Origin: an uncultured Pseudomonadales bacterium
Lineage (GTDB): Bacteria > Pseudomonadota > Gammaproteobacteria > Pseudomonadales > Pseudohongiellaceae
Reading direction: 5' to 3'
NCBI GenBank assembly: GCA_949430125.1
Contig: CASQMQ010000025.1
Span: 6,297 to 70,296, forward strand
Length of the DNA: 64,000 nucleotides
The number at the start of each line of letters is the position of its first letter. Position 1 is the stretch's first letter. Shown here one piece after another: positions 1 to 8,093 of this stretch. Under the pieces are notes generated by a model, which worked only from the letters and a program-made list of their open reading frames with translations, searched no databases and was not told the origin of the DNA. The position numbers and the translations under genes were made by a program.

Positions 1-1901
1 AGCAGAGCTAGCAGACTCAGCAGCACGGGGATCAAAGCCGTGTTAATCAGCTTGAGGTTCGCACCAAGTTGCTCAATGTCTTCTGTCAGCTGGTACTGTA
101 CTTCGCGAAGGCTACGCCGGGTTTCTAGCATCTGTTCATTGAACCGGTCTACTTCGGCTTGAATCTCCGGTGTTACCTGGCCGACTAATTCTCCATTCTC
201 ATCTTGGTTTAACTCCGCCAATGACGCTTCAGCTTCGGCCAGACGATCAAGCAGTTCAGCCTCTTCAACTCTTAAACGGTCATCCGCCTGACGCTGTAAT
301 TGAATTACTCTAGTGAATGGCCGCGAGTAAGTTCCACGGCCGCGGATGCTGGAGAGGTCTGCACCACCGCCGAGGTTATCTAGCGCGTTGATCACCATAT
401 CGCCATTGTTAGAAAATGGCCGAGGAATACGCTGGCCCATAAATTGGCCTACCTGGACCCACATCCTATCGCTGAGCATGTCAGTATCAGCGAAGACCAA
501 AATATTCACTTCGCTATTTGAGCTACTAAGATGCTCGGAGACCGGCTCTTCCTCGATTGTGTCTTCTTCATCAAGTGCTGCGATTTCTTCATCAAGTGCT
601 TCTACTTCCACTATCGGCCTGCCATCAGGAAACGCCGTCTCGATGACGCCGCTAATTCTCGCGGCGATGGTATGGCTTATACCTTCAGAGACAAACTCAT
701 CGAACAGAATAGATGGATCGGTAACATCCTCGAGCAGCCGGGCATCCATTAACATCGAATCACTCGATGAAACTATCAACGCCTCGAAACGAGTGTTTGC
801 GCCGGCCGCCTGACGAATCACACCAGGGGACGACATGTTAATAGTCTCGAGACGGCTCGTAACGCTGTCACTCTGCGTCAGAAAGTTTCGCTGCGCGCCT
901 AACATACCCAGGTGAGCGATAGGACGTTGACCCTGACCCATAGATACGCGCAGTGCGAGCTCGTTGTCAGTGAGCACCTTGTCGCCAGGAAATTCTATTC
1001 CCCAAGCCTCGAGCAGGCCCGGTAATTCTGAACTCATGCCGGCAGGTATTAGATTGCCCTGCTGCGTGCGGCTGACCATTGAATCGGCATTCGGATCTAG
1101 GAAGACCATAGTCTTGCCGCCACGCATCACAAACTGATCAACCGCATAGAGCATTTGCTCTGAGAGGCCCTGCGGATGCACGATCATCAGAATGTCGATC
1201 TCTTCGTCGATCTCCCCTGCTGTATTGTCAACTCGTTGCACAGCGTAGAGCTGGCGAATGATATCCATGATCATCCACTGTGCAGTTGCCTGCCCCGCGA
1301 CTGGATCGAAGCCGCCATCAATGTCCAATTCCGTTAGCAGACCCACTACTTGTAAATCTGGCTCATTAACCTTAGTAATCAATTTCATGAATTCATATTC
1401 TAGAAACTGCTCTAGTTCAGGTCGAATAAGGGGCAATGTTTCAGCAGCCCTACCCTGCGGGTTGTTCTCCCGATCTTCCGGTTGGGCTACTACCAAACCA
1501 AAATATATACCCGGGGCTCCCTGAGAGATCGGAACTGCTTGAATGCCGAACTGAGTTGCCAAATCTTCCTCTTCGGAAAATGGCTGGGGATCGATAACAC
1601 TTAGGCTAATTCGATTGTTGCTAGCGATTATGATTTCTCTCAGCAACTCCTGAACTCTATTTGCATAGGTTCGAATTTGAGGAGTATCTTCAGTGGCGCT
1701 TTCCGAATAGAAGAACATTATTTCCAAAGGGCCCTGTAAATCAGAAACAATATTTTTTGTACCCGGCGAGAGTGAGTAAAGATCATCCTGGGTAAGGTCG
1801 ATCCTTACGCTTGGCAAGGAACTAATAATTAATACACAGATTACCAGTCCTATAGAAATAATTAACAATCCGATTCGAGAAAATAGAAAATTGATATTCA
1901 T
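1..1901 (-). CDS. GldG-like auxiliary component of an ABC-2 transporter (partial, runs off the left edge)
   Basis: The minus frame is open from ATG (1901-1899) to position 1. It is absent from the ORF track, probably because it leaves the window. My translation starts MNINFLFSRIGLLIISIGLVICV (signal anchor). It contains FSNNGDMVINALDNLGG and a C-terminal coiled coil ending LINTALIPVLLSLLAL, as in GldG-type proteins. It lies directly downstream of the ABC ATPase and ABC-2 permease. Confidence 0.7.
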   Translation of the reverse strand, partial: MNINFLFSRIGLLIISIGLVICVLIISSLPSVRIDLTQDDLYSLSPGTKNIVSDLQGPLEIMFFYSESATEDTPQIRTYANRVQELLREIIIASNNRISLSVIDPQPFSEEEDLATQFGIQAVPISQGAPGIYFGLVVAQPEDRENNPQGRAAETLPLIRPELEQFLEYEFMKLITKVNEPDLQVVGLLTELDIDGGFDPVAGQATAQWMIMDIIRQLYAVQRVDNTAGEIDEEIDILMIVHPQGLSEQMLYAVDQFVMRGGKTMVFLDPNADSMVSRTQQGNLIPAGMSSELPGLLEAWGIEFPGDKVLTDNELALRVSMGQGQRPIAHLGMLGAQRNFLTQSDSVTSRLETINMSSPGVIRQAAGANTRFEALIVSSSDSMLMDARLLEDVTDPSILFDEFVSEGISHTIAARISGVIETAFPDGRPIVEVEALDEEIAALDEEDTIEEEPVSEHLSSSNSEVNILVFADTDMLSDRMWVQVGQFMGQRIPRPFSNNGDMVINALDNLGGGADLSSIRGRGTYSRPFTRVIQLQRQADDRLRVEEAELLDRLAEAEASLAELNQDENGELVGQVTPEIQAEVDRFNEQMLETRRSLREVQYQLTEDIEQLGANLKLINTALIPVLLSLLAL

Positions 1902-1915
1902 AAGCCTACTCTTCC

Positions 1916-2650
1916 TTAACTGGCTTTCTTAAGTTCGATTACTACGGCACTGGCGAAGAGCCAGGCTGCGATAAACACACCGAAGAATAAAAAGTCACGA
2001 ACATCGAAAACCCCTTTTGAGATAGAGTCAAAGTGAGTTAAGAATCCCATTGATGAAATGGCGTCAATAATAATCTGGGGAACCCAGCCGGTTAGCATGC
2101 CCAATAGAAAAGGATAGCCCAGCAGTACAAAAATCACGCAAATAGTAACTGTGAGTATAAATGCAATCACGGGATTCTTAGTACATGCTGACAAGCAAGC
2201 ACCTATCGCTAGATAAGCCCCCGCCATGAACCAACTGCCAACATATGCCGCAAATATAACTCCATTGTCCGGGTCACCTAAGTAATTGGCTGTTATCCAA
2301 ATCGGAAACGTCAAACAAAGAGCGATTCCTATTAAAGCCCATGCTGCTAGATATTTTCCAAGAATTGCATCTCTGAGATTTATCGGTAGCGTTAGAAGCA
2401 ATTCAATTGTTCCAGTTTTTCTTTCGTCCGCCCACATGGTCATTGCAATGGCCGGCACCATGAACAAATACAAAAAAGGATGAAAGGCAAAAAACGGCGA
2501 CAGGTCTGCTTGACCTCTGGCATAGAAACCACCAAAGTCGAAGGTTAAGAAGCCATTCACCACTAGAAAAATGACAATAAAAATATATGCCAATGGCGTT
2601 GCAAAATAACTTAGTAGTTCGCGCTTAAAGATAATTAATAGATTTCTCAT
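1916..2650 (-). CDS. ABC-2 type transporter permease
   Basis: 244-aa ORF that is hydrophobic throughout with about six TM segments. It overlaps the upstream ATPase gene by 4 nt (2647-2650), indicating an operon. Confidence 0.85.
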   Translation of the reverse strand: MRNLLIIFKRELLSYFATPLAYIFIVIFLVVNGFLTFDFGGFYARGQADLSPFFAFHPFLYLFMVPAIAMTMWADERKTGTIELLLTLPINLRDAILGKYLAAWALIGIALCLTFPIWITANYLGDPDNGVIFAAYVGSWFMAGAYLAIGACLSACTKNPVIAFILTVTICVIFVLLGYPFLLGMLTGWVPQIIIDAISSMGFLTHFDSISKGVFDVRDFLFFGVFIAAWLFASAVVIELKKAS

Positions 2651-3591
2651 TGCTGCGCTCCTTGTCCTTGTGTCTGCTGCGTCACCGTTCTGAACACATC
2701 TTCAAGTTGCCCACGACTGACATGAAACTCGGTAACCGGCCAATGCTTGGCCTGTGCGATTTCCGATACCTGAGAAAATATTGAATTACTGCCGCTGGCT
2801 AGTATACGAAAGACCATATCGTCTTCGCTGTCCTTCTCGACATCACCCACTTCAGCAATGCCGGTTAGGTCAGCTGCCAGGTCGTAGTTCTTGCTCAGAC
2901 GAACACTCACTGCTTGATGGTATTTTGAACGCGATTCAAGTTCAGCTGGAGTGCCGTCTGCGACAATTCTGCCTTGCGCGATGATGATCGCACGACTGCA
3001 TACCGCAGTTACCTCTTCCAATATATGGGTAGAGATGATGACGATCTTGTCGCGGGCTAAGTTCTTGATCAGTTCGCGGACATGGTGTTTCTGGTTCGGG
3101 TCAAGGCCATCTGTAGGCTCATCCAAGATTAGTACTTTAGGATCATGCATGATTGCCTGCGCTAAGCCTACGCGCCGCTTAAAACCTTTGGACAAGGTTT
3201 CGATAGTTTGCTGGCTGACTGAGTTGAGCTCTACTTCATCCAGCACTCGCTGTACACGCAGCAAAATCTCTTCTCCTGTGTAACCCCGAATCTGCGCCAC
3301 AAAATTTAGAAACTCCAAGGTTGTCATATCCCCGTAGGAAGGAGCTCCCTCCGGCAGATAGCCCATAAGAGATTTCGCTTCGATTGGGTTCTTACTGATA
3401 TCAAAGCCGTCGATGCTTATCGATCCATGACTGGCGGAAAGAAATCCGGTGATTAGTTTCATCGTTGTGGATTTACCCGCGCCATTTGGGCCGAGAAATC
3501 CGAGCACTTCGCCTTCCTTAACGGTAAAGGTGAGGTCGTCAATGGCGGTAAACTGGTCGAAGTTTTTTGTTAAATTGTTAATTTCAATCAT
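2647..3591 (-). CDS. ABC transporter ATP-binding protein
   Basis: Walker A GPNGAGKST, ABC signature LSKGFKRRVGLA and Walker B VLILDEPTDGLD in a 314-aa ORF. Confidence 0.95.
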   Translation of the reverse strand: MIEINNLTKNFDQFTAIDDLTFTVKEGEVLGFLGPNGAGKSTTMKLITGFLSASHGSISIDGFDISKNPIEAKSLMGYLPEGAPSYGDMTTLEFLNFVAQIRGYTGEEILLRVQRVLDEVELNSVSQQTIETLSKGFKRRVGLAQAIMHDPKVLILDEPTDGLDPNQKHHVRELIKNLARDKIVIISTHILEEVTAVCSRAIIIAQGRIVADGTPAELESRSKYHQAVSVRLSKNYDLAADLTGIAEVGDVEKDSEDDMVFRILASGSNSIFSQVSEIAQAKHWPVTEFHVSRGQLEDVFRTVTQQTQGQGAQQ

Positions 3592-3931
3592 CTACTTTCA
3601 GACCCTGATAGTTGCATATCTAGTTAGTATTGCGGGAGTAGCTACAAGATTCTGCGGCTGATCTTCGCTCATGAATCGGACCAAGCTCGCTACCGACATA
3701 TCTAGTCGACTAGCCGTAAATGTTATCTGCAAATTGTGATGGGCAAATATAGGCACTTAGACCCCATATTTCAAGGTCTGACAGACCAAACGACCCATTC
3801 CACAAGATAGAGTACAAAATGGAATGACATCGCAACCAGCTCTAGCATTGAAGAGAATTTAGCCTGTGCTTCTATTTGCGCTGGCGTTATAATCTCGGCT
3901 TTCTGGCTATTCAGATACCAAGTGAAGCCAA

Positions 3932-4075
3932 ATGACATCTCAGACCAACAGATTTTTCGGCCTTGTGGCGCTATTAAGCCTTACGCTGAGCCTTAGCTAT
4001 TGCGGACAAAAAGGCGGTCTGACTCGTCCAGAGCCATCTACGCTCGCTGTCTCGAATTTCAGCTCGGACAAATAG
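3932..4075 (+). CDS. lptM: Small lipoprotein, LptM/YifL (LppL)-like
   Basis: 47-codon ORF, below the ORF-track cutoff: MTSQTNRFFGLVALLSLTLSLSYCGQKGGLTRPEP. It has the lipobox LSYC followed by GQKG, typical of the small lipoprotein found upstream of lysA/dapF in gammaproteobacteria. Confidence 0.6.
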   Translation: MTSQTNRFFGLVALLSLTLSLSYCGQKGGLTRPEPSTLAVSNFSSDK

Positions 4076-4119
4076 CTCATAGGGCCACACGGCCCACATC
4101 TTGCGGACTCCAACTACGA

Positions 4120-5367
4120 ATGGACTATTTCAATTACAAAGGCGATGCACTCTATGCAGAGGAATTGCCCGTCTGTGAGATTGCCGGAAAGCATGGCACG
4201 CCCTGTTTCATCTATTCCCGCGCCACTCTCGAGCGCCACTATAGAGCCTATGAAATGGCACTATCCGGACTGCCCAATATGATCTGCTATGCAGTTAAAG
4301 CGAATTCCAATCTAGCGGTATTGAATGTCCTGGCCCGAATGGGTGCTGGATTCGACATCGTGTCTGGTGGCGAGCTCAGCCGCGTTCTTAAAGCTGGCGG
4401 AGATCCCGCGAAGGTCATATTTTCTGGTCTCGGCAAAACAGTATCCGAAATTCAACAGGCGCTGCGGGCGGGCATTCACTGTTTCAACGTGGAATCTGAG
4501 GCGGAGTTGACTCGTCTCAATGAAGAAGCTCTGCGGCTTAATCTGCCGGCCTCGATATCGGTGCGTGTAAATCCCGATGTAGACGCCGGCACCCACCCCT
4601 ATATATCGACCGGCTTGAAAGAGAACAAATTTGGAATCTCCACCGATCGCGCGATAGAGGTGTATAGAGCCGCTGCGCAGATGAGAGGAATCAAAGTATC
4701 TGGCATTGACTGCCATATAGGTTCGCAGCTTACATCCGTAGAACCTTTCCTCGATGCAATCGATAGACTGCTGGCCATGGTGGACCGCCTGAGCGAGGAA
4801 GGTATCAATTTAAGTCACTTCGATATGGGAGGAGGACTAGGTGTTAGCTACGGCGCAGAGAGCCCGCCACTGCCCTCTGAGCTTATCGAAGCGGTAAAAG
4901 GTCGTTTCAGCGATCGCGGCCTTACCCTGATGGTCGAGCCTGGGCGCTCAATCGCCGCAAATGCCGGCATCTTCGTGACTCGTGTCGAGTATATAAAGAA
5001 CACTGAACATAAGAATTTCGCGATCGTCGATGGCGCAATGAACGATCTATTGCGGCCCGCGCTTTATAGCGCCTGGCAGGAGATCATTCCAGTGATCAAA
5101 AGAAGTGGCGATGCACTTAACTTTGATGTTGTTGGCCCAATATGCGAGTCAGCCGATTTCCTTGGCAAGGACAGAGAGTTAGTAGTGGCAGCAGATGACT
5201 TGTTAGCCGTTCGCTCCGCCGGTGCTTACGGCTTCGTAATGAGCTCGAACTACAATACCCGCCCACGCGTTGCCGAGATAATGGTCGATGGAAACCGCGC
5301 GCATGTCGTTAGGCGTCGCGAAGTCCTAGCAGATCTTCTCGATCTGGAATCTTGTTTACCTGGTTGA
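4120..5367 (+). CDS. lysA: Diaminopimelate decarboxylase
   Basis: The ORF track starts at TTG 4000. The internal ATG at 4120 (MDYFNYKGDALYAEELPV...) matches the usual LysA N-terminus. The PLP-lysine context is YAVKANSN and the C-terminal part contains GAYGFVMSSNYNTRPR. Confidence 0.95.
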   Translation: MDYFNYKGDALYAEELPVCEIAGKHGTPCFIYSRATLERHYRAYEMALSGLPNMICYAVKANSNLAVLNVLARMGAGFDIVSGGELSRVLKAGGDPAKVIFSGLGKTVSEIQQALRAGIHCFNVESEAELTRLNEEALRLNLPASISVRVNPDVDAGTHPYISTGLKENKFGISTDRAIEVYRAAAQMRGIKVSGIDCHIGSQLTSVEPFLDAIDRLLAMVDRLSEEGINLSHFDMGGGLGVSYGAESPPLPSELIEAVKGRFSDRGLTLMVEPGRSIAANAGIFVTRVEYIKNTEHKNFAIVDGAMNDLLRPALYSAWQEIIPVIKRSGDALNFDVVGPICESADFLGKDRELVVAADDLLAVRSAGAYGFVMSSNYNTRPRVAEIMVDGNRAHVVRRREVLADLLDLESCLPG

Positions 5368-5375
5368 TACGAAAA

Positions 5376-6218
5376 ATGGATATTCACTTCACAAAGATGC
5401 AGGGCCTAGGCAACGACTTTATCGTGCTCAATAACCTGCGCAATGAATATCAATTGAGCGCTGAGCAAATTGCTGTACTGAGTCATCGGCAGTTAGGAGT
5501 GGGTTTCGATCAATTATTATCGGTAGAGGCTTCCTCAGAGCCCGGCATCGATTTCAGCTACCGCATCTTCAATCAGGACGGTCAAGAAGTAGAGCATTGC
5601 GGAAATGGCGCACGCTGCTTCGCCAAGTACGTCGTTGATAAAGGCTTGTTCGACGGCGATACCCTAGTCGTCAAGACGGTCAACCGTCTACTTACACTTA
5701 AAATTGCCAGTGATGGCTCAATCACGGTGGATATGGAAGCGCCCGTGTTTACCCCATCGAAAATTCCATTCATCGCCGGCGTCGATTCAAAACTACATTC
5801 ACGGCAACTTACAGTTTCGGGCAGTCCAGTCGAAATAGAGTTTTGTGCGCTGTCCATGGGCAACCCCCATGCGGTAATTAGAGTTGAAGAGATAGACCAA
5901 ACAACCGTAAAAGAGATAGGGGAAGCGCTCGGTACACATCCGGATTTTCCCGAAGGCTGCAATGTAGGTTTCATGCAGCTGTATGACAGGAATACCATAG
6001 CTTTACGTGTATATGAACGTGGTGCCGGTGAGACGCTAGCCTGCGGCACTGGGGCCTGTGCGGCGGTAGTTGCCGGTTGCTTACAAGGTCTGTTAGATGA
6101 TACCGTCAGAGTGAAATTACATGGCGGAGAGCTTAGTATTACATGGCTGGGAATCGATGCCCCCGTCCTAATGACAGGGCCAGCCACAACAGTTTTTGAG
6201 GGGAAAATTCAGATATGA
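5376..6218 (+). CDS. dapF: Diaminopimelate epimerase
   Basis: The ATG at 5376 gives MDIHFTKMQGLGNDFIVL. The catalytic Cys motifs are HCGNGARCF and ACGTGACA. The gene follows lysA as in the Pseudomonas-type arrangement. Confidence 0.95.
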   Translation: MDIHFTKMQGLGNDFIVLNNLRNEYQLSAEQIAVLSHRQLGVGFDQLLSVEASSEPGIDFSYRIFNQDGQEVEHCGNGARCFAKYVVDKGLFDGDTLVVKTVNRLLTLKIASDGSITVDMEAPVFTPSKIPFIAGVDSKLHSRQLTVSGSPVEIEFCALSMGNPHAVIRVEEIDQTTVKEIGEALGTHPDFPEGCNVGFMQLYDRNTIALRVYERGAGETLACGTGACAAVVAGCLQGLLDDTVRVKLHGGELSITWLGIDAPVLMTGPATTVFEGKIQI

Positions 6219-6943
6219 AGAGCGATAATTCGGCGGCTGAAAAAATTGAGCCTCACAGTAGTGGCGAACTCTCTGCGGCAGAAGTAGCCAGCTACCTGAA
6301 AGCCAACCCCGAATTCTTCATTGAGCAAGAAGATTTGCTTGCAGATCTTTCTCTACCGCACGAGAGCGGTAAGGCGATCTCTTTATTAGAACGACAAGTT
6401 ACTATTCTGAGAAACAGAGGGGCCGACGCGCGAAAGAAACTCAATAACCTACTTGAGAATGCCCGCAACAACGATCGGCTCTTTGATACAACGCGCAGTC
6501 TGGTCCTAGCCCTACTCCGCGCGAAAGATGTGACTGAAATTGCCGGCGTGGCTCAGGATCAGTTGTCGAATCATGCCAATATCGATTCCTGCGAAGTCAT
6601 CCTTGTAGCTAAGAAAAGCCTGAAGGTTGCAGACTCAGTAAGAACCGAATCAGAAGACATCCTCAAGAAACAATTCGTCGACGTTTTCCGCCTTAAGCGA
6701 ACTCATTGTGGCCCTATAAGTGAAGAACAGACTCAGTACCTTTTCCCTACACAGGGTGATAGCATCAAGTCGACCGCTCTTTGTCCCGTAATCAGTAACA
6801 GCGACGTATTGGCGCTGATTGCATTCGGGAATAAGGCGGACAACTACTTCAATGTAAACCTAGACACTCTTTTTCTAGATTTTATTGGTCACGTAGTCGG
6901 CGCCGTACTCGATAATCAGCCGCAGCGCACAGTAGATCTCTAA
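6215..6943 (+). CDS. DUF484 (YigA) family protein
   Basis: 242 aa, 4-nt overlap with dapF. The N-terminus VASYLKANPEFFIEQEDLLADLSLPH and the coiled coil plus GAF-like C-terminus are typical of YigA, the usual neighbour of dapF. Confidence 0.8.
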   Translation: MKSDNSAAEKIEPHSSGELSAAEVASYLKANPEFFIEQEDLLADLSLPHESGKAISLLERQVTILRNRGADARKKLNNLLENARNNDRLFDTTRSLVLALLRAKDVTEIAGVAQDQLSNHANIDSCEVILVAKKSLKVADSVRTESEDILKKQFVDVFRLKRTHCGPISEEQTQYLFPTQGDSIKSTALCPVISNSDVLALIAFGNKADNYFNVNLDTLFLDFIGHVVGAVLDNQPQRTVDL

Positions 6944-6977
6944 GGCATGTCGCAGAGCTTGAGCAAAGGTTTCCTCG

Positions 6978-7943
6978 ATGTCTATTGAAGGCCCAGCTGA
7001 AAACAAGAATCGGGTTTCAATCATCTGCCGTACACTGGGGCGCCCTGAATTACAGCAGGCGCTTCGATCCATCGCCTCTCAAGACTACCCCAATATCGAA
7101 ATCGTTCTGGTCGATGCTGCTGGTGACGATTATCTAGACTCGGCAGCCGCCGGCGACCGACCGCTTAAGTTGGTAACTACCGGCGCGGTCCTCAGTCGCT
7201 CGCAGGCAGCGAATGCTGGATTGAAAGCAGCCCAGGGCAAATATATTCAATTCTTGGATGACGACGACTGGATTGACCCAAACCATGTCAGTCAGTTAGT
7301 TAGTGTATTGGAACGTAGTGACGAAACAGCGGCCGCCTATAGCAGTACGCAGAAGACGAATGCAGCGGGCGACTCTCTGGACTATGTATTCAGAGAAGAT
7401 TTCGATCCAATACTGTTGATGCGAGACAACTATATACCGATTCACTCCGTCCTATTCGAGAGTTCGCTACTAGAGAATGGCTGTGGTTTCGATGAAGCCT
7501 TCGACATTTATGAAGATTGGGATTTCTGGTTACAACTCAGCCAGCATACCAACTTCCAGCATATCGATTCTGTTACAGCTTATTATAGAGAAGGCGGTGA
7601 CTCCAATACTGCGGTCGCAGATGTTCGTCTACGTTATCAGGGAGAAAATATTCTTGGTAAAGGCCGCGCCGCCATTTTTGAGAAGTGGCTGCCGAAGTGG
7701 ACGGGTGATCAGATGAATGCCCTTATCGGTCAACTCGATCAATCTGTATTGCTCTGTGACCAGGATACCCGAATACACAGCGAGCTGAAAAAGAATGCGG
7801 AACTGCAGCATGAGATCGAAAACCGCGACACAAAAATAATCGACCTCAATCTGCAGATACTCAACAATGTCTCGCACCTAGAGCAACAAGCTCAGCATAT
7901 CAACGAACTCATCTGCAGATACTCAACAATGTATCGCACCTAG
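6978..7943 (+). CDS. Family-2 glycosyltransferase module, the N-terminal fragment of a disrupted multidomain GT
   Basis: VSIICRTLGRPELQQALRSIASQDYPNIEIVLVDAAG and the DDD motif in QFLDDDDW indicate a GT-A fold. The ORF ends at TAG 7941-7943, created by a 1-nt deletion inside tandem repeat unit 2. Confidence 0.8.
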   Translation: MSIEGPAENKNRVSIICRTLGRPELQQALRSIASQDYPNIEIVLVDAAGDDYLDSAAAGDRPLKLVTTGAVLSRSQAANAGLKAAQGKYIQFLDDDDWIDPNHVSQLVSVLERSDETAAAYSSTQKTNAAGDSLDYVFREDFDPILLMRDNYIPIHSVLFESSLLENGCGFDEAFDIYEDWDFWLQLSQHTNFQHIDSVTAYYREGGDSNTAVADVRLRYQGENILGKGRAAIFEKWLPKWTGDQMNALIGQLDQSVLLCDQDTRIHSELKKNAELQHEIENRDTKIIDLNLQILNNVSHLEQQAQHINELICRYSTMYRT

Positions 7944-8093
7944 AGAACAAGCTCAGCATATCAACGAACTCATCTGCAGATACTCAACAATGTATCGCAC
8001 CTAGAGCAACAAGCTCAGCATATCAACGAACTCAATCTGCAGATACTCAGCAATGTATCGCATTTGGAGCAACAGACTCAGAATTTTAAGAAC
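7845..8093 (+). repeat. Four tandem copies of a 63-bp (21-aa) coding repeat; units are 63, 61, 62 and 63 bp
   Basis: Unit 1 (7845-7907) encodes LNLQILNNVSHLEQQAQHINE. Unit 2 (7908-7968) lacks an A (ctcaatctg to ctcatctg) and a C (gagcaacaag to gagaacaag). Unit 3 (7969-8030) lacks the same A. Unit 4 (8031-8093) is in frame but diverged. Confidence 0.95.

Noticed and set aside
5582-6187. Long antisense ORFs inside strong genes, such as 5582..6187 (-), 346..813 (+), 20089..20604 (-), 28976..29467 (-) and 61296..61832 (+)
   Set aside because: Each lies wholly within a well-supported gene on the opposite strand (dapF, the GldG-like gene, metX, the NRDE gene and hldE). Their composition is low-complexity and rich in Ser, Arg and Pro, as expected of shadow frames.
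7845-8093. The tandem repeat array as a CRISPR array
   Set aside because: The units are contiguous with no spacers and lie inside a coding frame. They encode a heptad-like peptide, and there are no cas genes.
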